Below are positions 39,858 to 49,807 of a stretch of 64,000 bases of DNA, piece by piece. Location of the stretch: NCBI GenBank assembly GCA_963666925.2, contig CAXXTC010000005.1, forward strand, positions 126,108 through 190,107. The letters are read 5' to 3'. Under the pieces are notes generated by a model, which was given only the letters and a program-made list of their open reading frames with translations, had not been told where the DNA came from and searched no databases. The stretch comes from Phycisphaerae bacterium. GTDB taxonomy: Bacteria > Planctomycetota > Phycisphaerae > UBA1845 > Fen-1342. The position numbers and the translations under genes were made by a program. The stretch's first letter is position 1. Each line of letters starts with the position of its first letter.

Positions 39858-41312
39858 CTAGACATGCAGTTCCGGACGCTGCACTGGCGTCGAACAATAG
39901 CGCGCCAGCAGCGGGCGGACGTGCTTGCGCAGCAGTTCGCGCGTCTGCTGCGGCGCCAAGCCAACATACCGGCCCGGCTCCAGCAGCTTGCCCAGCTTAA
40001 CCCGCGAGAAGGCCGGGTCGTGGCCGATGCGCTCGATCAGATCGTTAGGTCGGCCGTGCTGCTTGACCTGGTCGGCCGCCGCCCGGGCGTGTTTGCGGAG
40101 GCGCTCGTGCAGCTCCTGGCGATCGCCGCCACGCTGCACCGCCTCCATGAGGATGTCCTCAGTGGCGATGAACGGCAGCTCGGCGCCAACCCGGGCCCCG
40201 ATGACGGCCGGGTAGACCACCAGCCCGTCAAAAATGTTGTGCAGTAGGCGGGCGATGGCGTCGGCCGCCAGGAACGCGCCCGGAATGACCAGCCGCTTGT
40301 TGCTCGAATCATCCAGCGTGCGTTCGAACATCTGCGCACCGTGCGTCATCGGCGGCGAACTGCACAGGCTGATCAGGTAGCGCGCCAGCCCGGTGGCCCG
40401 TTCACAGCGCATCGGGTTGCGCTTGTAAGGCATGGCCGAGCTGCCCACCTGCGATGCCTCCAGGGGCTCCTCGATCTCTTTCAACATTGCCAGCAGGCGC
40501 AGGTCGTTGCAGGTTTTCTGCGCACCCGCCGCCAACGCAACCAGCGCCGCGAGCACCTGGATGTCGACCTTGCGCGAATAAGTCTGGCCGGTAACCGGAT
40601 AGCAAGCGTCGAACCCGAGCTTGCTGGCGAAGCTGCGCTCGAGCTGTTTCACGCGTGTGGCGCTGCCCAGCAGCTTGAGGAAGGCGGCCTGCGTGCCGGT
40701 GGCGCCGCGCAGTCCGCGGCAGCACAGCCCGTCACGCAGTATTTCGAGCTGCTGCACGTCGCTGACCAGGTCGCTCAGCCACAGGCTGGCGCGTTTGCCG
40801 ACGGTCGTCAGTTGGGCCGGCTGGAGATGCGTGAAGCCCAGCGTCGGCTGGTCGGCGTAGCGCTCGCAGAATTCGGCCAGCGCCCGCATGGCGCCGATCA
40901 GCCGCCGAATGAGCAGGCCCAGCGCCTGGCGCATCAGCAGCAGGTCGGCATTGTCGACCACGTCCATGCTGGTGGCGCCGAGGTGGATGATGCCGCGAGC
41001 GGCGGGAGCAGCGTCGCCATAGGCGTGGATATGCGCCATCACGTCGTGGCGCAACTTGCGCTCATACCGGGCAACCGCTTTGAAATCGATATCGTCGACG
41101 GCGCGGCGCAAGGCGGAGAGTTGCCGTTTGCTGATTGGCAGGCCGAGTTCGTGTTGCGACTCGGCCAGCGCCACCCAGATCCGTCGCCAGGTCGAGTAGC
41201 GCGACTGCGGGCTCCACAGCCGAACCATCTCCGCCGACGCGTAGCGCTGCACCAGCGGGTCCTGATAGGTTTCCGAACTCGGCGCTCGGCGCGAGGGTTG
41301 GCGTTTGGGCAT
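39858..41312 (-). CDS. purB: Adenylosuccinate lyase
   Basis: RHDVMAH, IHLGATS, GFTHLQPAQ, GSSAMPYKRNP. Confidence 0.97.
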   Translation of the reverse strand: MPKRQPSRRAPSSETYQDPLVQRYASAEMVRLWSPQSRYSTWRRIWVALAESQHELGLPISKRQLSALRRAVDDIDFKAVARYERKLRHDVMAHIHAYGDAAPAARGIIHLGATSMDVVDNADLLLMRQALGLLIRRLIGAMRALAEFCERYADQPTLGFTHLQPAQLTTVGKRASLWLSDLVSDVQQLEILRDGLCCRGLRGATGTQAAFLKLLGSATRVKQLERSFASKLGFDACYPVTGQTYSRKVDIQVLAALVALAAGAQKTCNDLRLLAMLKEIEEPLEASQVGSSAMPYKRNPMRCERATGLARYLISLCSSPPMTHGAQMFERTLDDSSNKRLVIPGAFLAADAIARLLHNIFDGLVVYPAVIGARVGAELPFIATEDILMEAVQRGGDRQELHERLRKHARAAADQVKQHGRPNDLIERIGHDPAFSRVKLGKLLEPGRYVGLAPQQTRELLRKHVRPLLARYCSTPVQRPELHV

Positions 41313-41318
41313 GGGTTC

Positions 41319-42503
41319 TCAATCCTCCAGTGCTTGGCGCAAGTCGGCGACCAGGTCCTCGGTCCGCTCCAGCCCGACGTGCAGGCGGATCAGCCAGGGG
41401 GCGCGCTGCGGATCGCGATTGAACAGCAGCCCGCCGATGGCCAGGCTCTCGAACCCGCCCCAGCTCACGCCGATGGCAAAAACACGCAGCCTATCGAGAA
41501 AACGGTGCGTCGCCTCCCGGCTCTGCTCGGCCAGCGAAAAGCTGAACAGGCTGGAGTAGCCGCACATCTGCTGCTGGCCCAGGGCGTGTTGCGGATCGCT
41601 CTCCAGGCCGGGGTGATAGACGTGTTGCACGCGCGGATGGTCGGCAAGGAACCGCGCGACGGCCAGGCCGCTACGCTGATGCTGCTCCATGCGCACCGCA
41701 AGCGTGCGCAGGCCGCGCAACATCAGCCACGACGCCATTGGGTCCGGCGAAGCTCCGAGCAACTCGGCCTCAGCCCGGATGCGGGTGCCCAGCGCGTCGT
41801 CGCGCCCCACGACCGCGCCGCCGACCACGTCGCTGTGGCCGCTGATGTACTTCGTGGCACTGTGTACGACCAGATCGCAGCCCAGCTCGATCGGGTTCTG
41901 GAAATAGGGGCTGGCCCAGGAGTTGTCGAAGATGGTGTTGATGTTTCGATCGCGGGCGGCGGCCACCAGCGGTGCTAGCGGCAGCAGTTCACAATAGCCC
42001 GAGGTGGGGCTTTCCAGGTATAGCACGCGCGTCTCGGGCCGAAGTGCGGCGATCAGCGCCTGCGGATCGGTGCCGGGGACGAACGTGGTCGCGATGTCGA
42101 AGCGTTGCAGATACTCGCCCAGGAACTGGCGCGTCGGAAAGTAGCAGTTCGCGACGGCGACGACGTGGTCACCCGTTTTCAGGCAAGCGTTGAGCGCGGT
42201 GGTGATGGCGCCCATTCCGGATGAGAAGCAACGTGCCCACGAGCCGTGCTCCAGCTTGGCCAGCTTCGCTTCCAGCATGGCCGTCGTCGGGTTGGCGTGA
42301 CGCGTATATATGTAGTATGGGTTCTGCGGCAGATCGCGCCGCTCGAACGCTTCGGCGTCGGGGAAGACGAAGGTCGAAGTTTGATAGATCGGCGGTGCGA
42401 CGGCCCCGCCCTGGGCCAGGCGATGTTCGCCATAATGAGCACACAACGTTTCGAACCCGCCATTGCTGATCGGGTCGGCGTGCGACGACGGATCTGTTTC
42501 CAC
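41319..42503 (-). CDS. Cys/Met metabolism PLP enzyme (cystathionine lyase/synthase family)
   Basis: PPIYQTSTF, YTRHANPT, FSSGMGAI, YLESP, HSATKYISGHSD, RGLRTL, RLHVGLE. Confidence 0.93.
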   Translation of the reverse strand: METDPSSHADPISNGGFETLCAHYGEHRLAQGGAVAPPIYQTSTFVFPDAEAFERRDLPQNPYYIYTRHANPTTAMLEAKLAKLEHGSWARCFSSGMGAITTALNACLKTGDHVVAVANCYFPTRQFLGEYLQRFDIATTFVPGTDPQALIAALRPETRVLYLESPTSGYCELLPLAPLVAAARDRNINTIFDNSWASPYFQNPIELGCDLVVHSATKYISGHSDVVGGAVVGRDDALGTRIRAEAELLGASPDPMASWLMLRGLRTLAVRMEQHQRSGLAVARFLADHPRVQHVYHPGLESDPQHALGQQQMCGYSSLFSFSLAEQSREATHRFLDRLRVFAIGVSWGGFESLAIGGLLFNRDPQRAPWLIRLHVGLERTEDLVADLRQALED

Positions 42504-42563
42504 GCAGCGCTCCTTACGCGATACAGTTGACCTGCGAGAAAATCGCACGGCGGACGCCCGCGG

Positions 42564-43674
42564 TCAAGTCACCCGGGGGTTGGCGAAGTGGTCCACATGC
42601 GGCAACAGCTCGGCACCGCGCTGAAAGACGATCTCCTGGTAGCCGGCCAGCCGACCGGCCAGGGCCGCCTGCTGTGGCCAGGAGGTGGTCGAGTGAAGCT
42701 GGCGGGTGCTGCCACGGATGGCGCCCCGCAGCCGAGGTAACGCCGGCGGCACCGGAAAATCCGATCCGAACAGCAGCTTGTGGTGCAGAACTGGCCGCTG
42801 GGCCAGTCGCCGAAAATACCCCGCCTTGCCCCACGAGCACAGCGCTGAGATGTCCGCATAGAGCGGCGCGTCGGCAAACTCGCCCGCCAGCGCGGCCAGC
42901 AGTTCGCGATGCGGGCGCTGGCTACCCCAGGGTGCCACCGGCGTGGCCACGTGGGCGACAATCGTAATCGGCATGGCGTCACCACGGCGCAACTCACGCA
43001 GCGTCTCCAGCAGCGGCCCCAATTCCCGATAGCGAGGTCGCTGCATGGTGAGCGTGAACTCGTCCGCATAATGCACCAGCACCGGCAGAGCCCAATCTGG
43101 CGCAGCAACGCAACACGCCGATCGAGCGCGCGTCGCGGACGTCGATGTTGTGATGTACCGGGAGCCATTTCAGCAAGCACGCGCCGGCCGCGAAAACCTC
43201 TTCGACGCACTCGACCGCGTCGCTCCGATAAGGATGCACCGACGCTCCGAACAGGAATCGCTGCGGATGTTGGCGACACAGCTCGCGGATGAACGTGTTC
43301 GAGGTGTAGATGTCGCTGCCGAACTGGTCGCCGGGGCGTGGCAGCGGCACCAACTCGCCGTCGTCGGAATGCACCGCGTCGAAGGCCAGCAGCACGTAGC
43401 GGTCAATCGGTCCGGGGGCGAGCAGGTGGCGGGCGTAGCGCTCGGCGAGGGCACAGTCCAGCGCGGCCCCTGGCCGGGGCAGCTTGAGCAACCGGCGTGC
43501 CAGGCGCCAGGTCCCCCGGCGAAGCACACGCGGCGATACGCAGGAGTCGTACGCCGACGGCGGCGTAGGATCGCCGGCCGCAGGCAGATCATGCAACGGT
43601 TCAAAGCTGAAACGCTCCAGGTCGGACCGGCGCGTAGCACTCAGCGTGTAGTGACAATGCACGTCAATGATCAT
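42564..43674 (-). CDS. Amidohydrolase_2 family protein, frameshifted near 43089
   Basis: IIDVHCH, GASVHPYR, then in the other frame LPVLVHY, IVAHVATP, YADISAL, LLFGSDFP; one extra base in GGC-T-CTG. Confidence 0.75.
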
Positions 43675-44488
43675 TGGGCTCTCGCTCGCCAGCACCTTCG
43701 CGGCCGGCCCAGTCGGCCAAGTCGTCGGCCAGGTTCAACGGCGCCGGGCGTGAAGATCGCAGCGTGTGCACGTCGTGCCGCCCCCAGACCCGCGCTCGCC
43801 GCAACAACACAATCGTGATCACCACTCCGACGATCGCCGCCCCGATGAAGCCCCACAGAATCCGGCCGGCCGATGCGGACACAGAAGCGGCCGGCACCGC
43901 CCGCGTAATGCTGCTGACACCTGGCGTTACCAGCAGCGCGGCCTGGTGCAAGCGCCCAGCCGCCCCGTGATACTGGCGAATCATGATGAAATAGCCCGCA
44001 AGCTCGACCGTCGCGCCGACCGGCACGTCCGTCACGTCGCCGGTACAGATCGCCGTGCACGTCAGAGGCATGTCGTCGCGTTGTAGCTCGATTTGCCCGA
44101 GCTGACCGAGTTCCGGGAACCGCGGCAGCACGTACGGATCCTTGTTGCGCCCGACGCGGCCGGAAATCGTGACGGCGCAGCCGCGAAAAGCCTCGGGCTG
44201 TTCTAGCAAGCGACGCCAATCGTCCACGCCGATCGGCGTTTGAGCATCTCCGGGGGCATGAGGACTATTGCGAACGTGTTCGACGACGGCGTAAAAGCCG
44301 AGCTGATCGAAGTTGAGCGTGAAGTCCTGCACCAAGTCGAGATGCGCCAGGATCTGCGCAGGCAATTCCATACAGCGGTCCCCCCCTGCTGGCTGCGACG
44401 TCTGGGCGCCGGCCGGCGGCAACATCCCCGCCCACCCCGCGCCCGCCGCCAGCGCAACGGCAATCAGTAGTCGATGTCCTCGTCCCAT
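43664..44488 (-). CDS. Hypothetical protein with signal peptide and C-terminal TM anchor
   Basis: Signal peptide, QTSQPA, FRGCAVTISG..ELAGYF (OB-fold-like), TM helix; overlaps both neighbours. Confidence 0.65.
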   Translation of the reverse strand: MGRGHRLLIAVALAAGAGWAGMLPPAGAQTSQPAGGDRCMELPAQILAHLDLVQDFTLNFDQLGFYAVVEHVRNSPHAPGDAQTPIGVDDWRRLLEQPEAFRGCAVTISGRVGRNKDPYVLPRFPELGQLGQIELQRDDMPLTCTAICTGDVTDVPVGATVELAGYFIMIRQYHGAAGRLHQAALLVTPGVSSITRAVPAASVSASAGRILWGFIGAAIVGVVITIVLLRRARVWGRHDVHTLRSSRPAPLNLADDLADWAGREGAGEREPNDH

Positions 44489-45072
44489 GGATAGCTGGGG
44501 GCTGATGTAGTGGTCGGTTTCGCCGGCGCCTCCGGCTGGTCTTCCGGCTGCCATTCCGGCGGCGCGATGCCCATGCGCCACTGCCCTTCCTCACGCAGCA
44601 CCAGAATAGCCACGTTGCGGCGAGAAAGTTTTCGCCGACCGGGCTCCGACTCCTTCGGATCCCTGAACGTCGCAAAACAGGTGACCAGGTAGGCCGGCGC
44701 GTCGATCTCCGGCAAACTCACCGAGTTGATGTCGCGGACCTCCATGGTCTTGAGCGTGTGCAGCACTTTCTCAAACCGCGCCCGGCTCTCCGGATCGGCG
44801 GTCCGCGTCACGAGTCGACGATAGCCCGAGTAATCGCCCGCCAGACAGGTCTCGAGGAATTGCCGCATGAATCCGACAATCTCCGGATGCTGCTCGGCCA
44901 ACCCGTCGGCAAAGACATACTCGGGTTTGTCCTCTGGCAACGGCACGGTATCGAACGTGTCAGTGGGCAGCGGCGCGGCAGATTCGGGCTTGCGCTCACA
45001 CCCCGCCAGTGCCGCACACCAGGCGACCAGCCCCGCCGCAATGAACACCCGTGACCATCGTTCCAATTGCAT
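44464..45072 (-). CDS. Hypothetical lipoprotein
   Basis: GAGGAG upstream; LAGC lipobox; LREEGQWRM (NTF2-like end). Confidence 0.7.
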   Translation of the reverse strand: MQLERWSRVFIAAGLVAWCAALAGCERKPESAAPLPTDTFDTVPLPEDKPEYVFADGLAEQHPEIVGFMRQFLETCLAGDYSGYRRLVTRTADPESRARFEKVLHTLKTMEVRDINSVSLPEIDAPAYLVTCFATFRDPKESEPGRRKLSRRNVAILVLREEGQWRMGIAPPEWQPEDQPEAPAKPTTTSAPSYPWDEDIDY

Positions 45073-45105
45073 GTACTCGCTACTCCTCACAAATGGCCCG
45101 TGGGG

Positions 45106-46230
45106 TTAAACCCGGTGCGCTTTCCGGACCGCCTGATGCAGCCACGTGATGACCTCCTCAGGGCTCTGTTCGAGGCCGTCGAAGTCGAGCAATTCGACGT
45201 TGTGCTGCACAGCCGCGGTGACGGCTTTCACCAATTCGGCGGACGCGCCGAACGCAGGTCGCCACGCCGGCAGGCTCAGCGCCGCCGGCCGGTGCATCAA
45301 AGCTTGCTCAAAAGCGGCACCAAAGTCCGCTCCTACGCTTGGTACGAGCAACATCCGGCTCAGCGGGGGCGAATCGGACAGTGCCGACAAATCGCGAAGA
45401 GACTGTACGTCGTAGTATTCTCGCTGCCCGTCGGCCTCTGCCAGCCGGCGCAGCCAATCCTGGCAATCCGCCTCCCGGGCAGCAACATATGCGGCGATGG
45501 CCGGGTCCAATTCGCGTGTAAGGTCGATTTCGTTCGGCTTCCGCTCAAGGAAGCTCTCAAAGCTGACGCGTGTCGCCCGAGCGACCGACTCCGGGTCGAT
45601 ATCCGCCCGCTGCGCCACCTGCCGGCACGACGGGCAGAAACACAGGCTCAGCAACCGGCGCACCGCCGGGTGCCATTCGATCGGATCGTTTCCGCAGCGT
45701 CCGGCCACGTGGTCCGGCCGCCACGACACCAACTCGAAGCCGCTCGGCGCGTAACGTCGCAGGTCGGCCAGCGTCAGCCGCAATAGCTCGCGCATCTCGG
45801 GATTCAGCGCACACGCGCCCGCGGCCAGCATCTCCTGCCCCCACGCGTTGCGCTGAGCCAGGTGGCCATGCTGCTCGACCAGTTGTGGCAGCGCCCGTAG
45901 GTCGACGCGGAAGATCAGCTTGAGCCCGAGCCGATCGACGGCATCCGCCAGCCGGGCGACGGCATCGCCCTGCCCCTGCCAACGGGCCTTCGGCGGCCGT
46001 AGCCCGCTGGGGGCCAACGTGTCCGCATCGGGCGGGTAGTGGTACCCCCCGGGCGTAGCAAACCACGGGTGCCCGGCGTCCGCCCCGCAGCGCATCTGCG
46101 TCAGCGGTCCGGTTACCACCGGCACCGTCACGTGCGTCAGCGGGATCTTGCCCGCGGCCTGCTCCAGTTGCGTACCGGCAGCGCCGGCCAGGTTCCACGG
46201 GTATTGCACGATGCCGAACGCGGCGCTCAT
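45106..46230 (-). CDS. Hypothetical protein, possibly glycoside-hydrolase-like TIM barrel
   Basis: YPWNL, ACALNPEMR, SLCFCPSC; heads the minus-strand operon. Confidence 0.6.
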   Translation of the reverse strand: MSAAFGIVQYPWNLAGAAGTQLEQAAGKIPLTHVTVPVVTGPLTQMRCGADAGHPWFATPGGYHYPPDADTLAPSGLRPPKARWQGQGDAVARLADAVDRLGLKLIFRVDLRALPQLVEQHGHLAQRNAWGQEMLAAGACALNPEMRELLRLTLADLRRYAPSGFELVSWRPDHVAGRCGNDPIEWHPAVRRLLSLCFCPSCRQVAQRADIDPESVARATRVSFESFLERKPNEIDLTRELDPAIAAYVAAREADCQDWLRRLAEADGQREYYDVQSLRDLSALSDSPPLSRMLLVPSVGADFGAAFEQALMHRPAALSLPAWRPAFGASAELVKAVTAAVQHNVELLDFDGLEQSPEEVITWLHQAVRKAHRV

Positions 46231-46365
46231 TTCGGGGGTCGCTCCTCACCTGGGCATACACCAGCCGCACCGACCGGCGCGGGGTGCCCCTTTGCGGCTG
46301 CGAGGGTAGCCGATTCGGCCCGCGTCTGCTAGCATCGCGGCGCGAGTAGCCTGGGAGTTTCGATC

Positions 46366-47970
46366 GTGCCCGAAGAGTCCAGCACCGGCCAGCCCGAACG
46401 CTATTGTCCCGGTGAGGAGCATATCCGCATCGCCGAGGCAATCTGTCTCGGCCGGCGGCGGGCTAACTTTCGCAAGTGTCCCGGGTGCCAGTTTAATGAT
46501 GATGAACAGGGACGGGAGAACCCCTACCCCACCACGGCAGCCGCCGCCCGCAAGGCACCCGCGGCCATTATGCAAATGGATCAACGCAACATGATTGAAA
46601 AAGTCTTCAAAGCCTATGACGTGCGTGCCACCGTTCCCGACCCGCTCAACGAGGACGTCGCCTGGCGCATCGGAAACGCCACCGCCCAGTTCCTGCGAAC
46701 AACGCTCACTGGCTTCGATCGCAGCGATACCAAGATGAACACGCTCATCGTCGGCCGCGACATGCGCAAGCACAGCCCCAAGCTGTGCCGGGCGTTCATC
46801 GAGGGCGCCGCCGCCGTCGGCACGCCGGTCATCGACATCGGCATGACCGACACCCCGCAGATCGCCTTCGCCACCAACCACATGCCCTGTTGCGGCGGAG
46901 TGCAAGTCACGGCCAGCCACAATCCGGCTAACTACAACGGCTTCAAGATCTCCGGACCCAAGGGCAAGCCGATCGGTGCCGAGACGGGCCTCAAGGAAAT
47001 CGAACGCATCGCCAAGGCCATCGCCCGCCACGAGGTCCCCGAACTCGCTCCAGTCAAGCAGATGGACCTGTCCGAAGACTATCGCCGCTACCTGCACCGC
47101 TTCATGCGTGCCCCGCGGCCCCTCAAGGTCGTGATTGACGCCTCCAATGGCATGGCCGGCCGCTGGTTCCCGATTCTCTTCAACGGCGTCCCGAACCTCA
47201 AGATCATCGCGATGAACTTCGAGCACGACGGCGAATTCGTGCATCCGCCCAACCCGCTCGTGCCGGAAAACCTGAACCAGTTGCGCCAGGCCGTTCGTGA
47301 ACACGGTGCCGATTTCGGGGCTTGTTTCGACGGCGACGCCGATCGCTGCATGTTCGTCGACGAAAACGCGGACATCGTCCGCTGCGACCTGGTCACCGCG
47401 CTGCTGGCCGAGGAATACCTGCGCGAGCGCCCGGGCAGCACCATCGTCTACGACTTGCGCTCCAGTCGCGTCGTGGCCGAGGCCGTCAGTCGCCACGGCG
47501 GCAACCCCCGCCGCGAACGCGTCGGCCACGTCTTCATGAAGCGCACCATGGCCGAGAACAACGCCATCTTCGGCGGCGAGCTGAGCGGGCATTTCTATTT
47601 CCGCGACTTCTACTTCTGCGATTCCGGCATGCTGGCGTTTATCGCCGTCGTGAACACCCTGACCAGCCACGGCAAACCGCTCAGCGAACTCATCGAGCCG
47701 CTCAACATCTACGCCACCAGCGGCGAGCGCAACTTCGTCAATGACGACCCGAAAGGCACCTTCGAACAAATCGCCGACAAGTACAACGACGCCCGGATCG
47801 ACTACCTGGACGGCATTACCGTGGAATATGAGGACTGGTGGTTCAACGTGCGATCCTCCAACACCGAGCCACTGCTGCGACTGAACATGGAAGCCCAGAA
47901 CGACCGCATGCTCGCTGAGCGGATTGCTGAGATCACGCCGCTCCTGGGCGCGCCGGCGACGGAACACTAA
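46366..47970 (+). CDS. Phosphomannomutase/phosphoglucomutase with Cys-rich N-terminal extension
   Basis: FKAYDVR, VTASHNP, FDGDADR, GGELSGH, RSSNTEP. Confidence 0.95.
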   Translation: MPEESSTGQPERYCPGEEHIRIAEAICLGRRRANFRKCPGCQFNDDEQGRENPYPTTAAAARKAPAAIMQMDQRNMIEKVFKAYDVRATVPDPLNEDVAWRIGNATAQFLRTTLTGFDRSDTKMNTLIVGRDMRKHSPKLCRAFIEGAAAVGTPVIDIGMTDTPQIAFATNHMPCCGGVQVTASHNPANYNGFKISGPKGKPIGAETGLKEIERIAKAIARHEVPELAPVKQMDLSEDYRRYLHRFMRAPRPLKVVIDASNGMAGRWFPILFNGVPNLKIIAMNFEHDGEFVHPPNPLVPENLNQLRQAVREHGADFGACFDGDADRCMFVDENADIVRCDLVTALLAEEYLRERPGSTIVYDLRSSRVVAEAVSRHGGNPRRERVGHVFMKRTMAENNAIFGGELSGHFYFRDFYFCDSGMLAFIAVVNTLTSHGKPLSELIEPLNIYATSGERNFVNDDPKGTFEQIADKYNDARIDYLDGITVEYEDWWFNVRSSNTEPLLRLNMEAQNDRMLAERIAEITPLLGAPATEH

Positions 47971-49226
47971 TGCAACCGGCCCGCCCCACCGCCACTCACG
48001 AGCTGATCCACCAACTGCTGCCCAGCGGTGTTGAGTTGGCCGCCGACGTCCTACCCGAGCGCCACACCGTCGCTCTCTGTTTCCGCATGCTCTCCGGCCT
48101 GGCAAACGAGCCGGCGAAACTCGCCGGCATCAGCAGCATCGTCGAACGAACGCTTTCCAAGGGCACCCGCTCTTATGACGGCCGCGCGCTGGCCGACGCG
48201 TTTGACCAGCGCGGCGCTCGCTGGGGTTCGGTCAGCGGCCGACAATCCACGCTCGTCCGCGTACTATGCCTGCCCGAATTCGTCGACGATGTGGTCGCGC
48301 TAGCGGCCGAGATGATCTGCCACCCCACATTTCCGCCCGAAGCCTGCGGCGTCGCCGTCGAGTTGGCCCAGCAGGAACTGAAACACCTCGAGGACGAGCC
48401 CGGTGACTTGCTGCGCATCCTGATTCAGCGGCTCACGCTCGGGCCCGTTTTCGGGCGCTACACGGGCGGTACGCCGGAATCGTTGGCACGGATCGACCCA
48501 CCCACGGTGCAATCTCACTGGCAGCGTGTCTATCATGCCGGCCGGTTGCAGGTCTCCGTCGCCGGCCCGGTCGATCCGGACGCGCTCGGTCGGCAAGTCG
48601 ACGAGTGTTTCGCCGACCTGGGTTCGTCCACCTGCGAAGGCCGCGAGCCGGCCGACTTCGAGTTCACCCCCGCCACCGAGCATCAGCACAAGGAGCTGGA
48701 GCAGCAGCACATCGGCATCACGATGCCGGGGCTGTCGCGCGACGATCACGACTTCGCCGTCGAGCAGGTGCTGCTCGGCGTGTTATCGGGCGGCATGTCC
48801 AGCCGACTGTTTACGGAGGTGCGCGAGAAGCAAGGGCTGGTCTACTGGGTGGCGGCCTGGCACGAACAGCCGCGCGGCAAGGGCATTATTCACGTCGGCG
48901 CCAGCACCACGCCCGAGCGCTGCGAGCGCACCTACGAGACGCTGATCAGCGAGCTACGCCGCGTTGGGACTGACCTGACCGAGGCCGAGGTGGTCCGCGC
49001 CCGCGACGGCCTGATCGCCCAGATCGAAACAGAGGATGATCTCACCCGGGCCCGCGCCGGGTGCATCAGCGACGACCTGTTCCACTTCGGCGAACCCCGC
49101 GGCCGCGGGCCGACCCTCCAGGCGTTGCGTCGGGTCACACTGTCGGCGGTCAGCGAGTACGCCCGGCGCCTGCCGCTCGATCAGCTCTGCATCGCCACGC
49201 TCGGCCCGCGCGAGATCGCGTTCTAA
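47970..49226 (+). CDS. M16 peptidase-family protein, non-catalytic subunit
   Basis: M16 fold (LSGGMSSRLFTEVREKQGLVY); the HxxEH site reads SIVER. Confidence 0.88.
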   Translation: MQPARPTATHELIHQLLPSGVELAADVLPERHTVALCFRMLSGLANEPAKLAGISSIVERTLSKGTRSYDGRALADAFDQRGARWGSVSGRQSTLVRVLCLPEFVDDVVALAAEMICHPTFPPEACGVAVELAQQELKHLEDEPGDLLRILIQRLTLGPVFGRYTGGTPESLARIDPPTVQSHWQRVYHAGRLQVSVAGPVDPDALGRQVDECFADLGSSTCEGREPADFEFTPATEHQHKELEQQHIGITMPGLSRDDHDFAVEQVLLGVLSGGMSSRLFTEVREKQGLVYWVAAWHEQPRGKGIIHVGASTTPERCERTYETLISELRRVGTDLTEAEVVRARDGLIAQIETEDDLTRARAGCISDDLFHFGEPRGRGPTLQALRRVTLSAVSEYARRLPLDQLCIATLGPREIAF

Positions 49227-49279
49227 GTGGGGCAAGCGTCCCACCCGCCGAGCACTGTGCCTCCGGAAGGGGTTGGTTG

Positions 49280-49783
49280 TTGAAAGGTCACATCGACTAC
49301 GAAGCCGCGTTCGAGGATTACCTGCAAACTCGGCAGGTCGCCTACGTCGCCGTCGACGAGGCAAAACGCGCCGCCTTCCGTGACGCCAAGCTCAAGAGCT
49401 TCGATTTCATTGTCTACTCCGCCCGCGGGACCAACTGGCTGGTCGATATCAAGGGCCGCCGCTGGGCCGTCCGCAAAGCCAACCAGCGCCCGCGCTGGGA
49501 AAACTGGGCCACCCAGGACGATCTCGACGCGCTGCGCCAATGGCAGAAGGTGTTCGGGCGGGATTTCGCGGCCTTACTAGTATTCGCATATCGGCTCGAC
49601 GCGGGCGGCGACCCGCCCGGTGAAATCGTCCACCCGTTCCGCGCGGCCCGCTATGTCTTCGCAGGTGTTACGGTTGAGGATTACGCCCGCGCGGCCCGCG
49701 TGCGCAGCCCGAAGTGGGGCACCGTGAGCATGCCGGTACGCGCGTTCGCCGACGCCGTTCGCCCGATTGCCGACTTGCTTTGA
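49280..49783 (+). CDS. HYExAFE-family protein (PD-(D/E)XK nuclease-like)
   Basis: DYEAAFEDYL, YVAVDEAKR, LKSFDFIV, LVDIKGR, SPKWGTV. Confidence 0.8.
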   Translation: MKGHIDYEAAFEDYLQTRQVAYVAVDEAKRAAFRDAKLKSFDFIVYSARGTNWLVDIKGRRWAVRKANQRPRWENWATQDDLDALRQWQKVFGRDFAALLVFAYRLDAGGDPPGEIVHPFRAARYVFAGVTVEDYARAARVRSPKWGTVSMPVRAFADAVRPIADLL

Positions 49784-49807
49784 TGTCCCCCGCGAGTCTG
49801 CGGCGTT

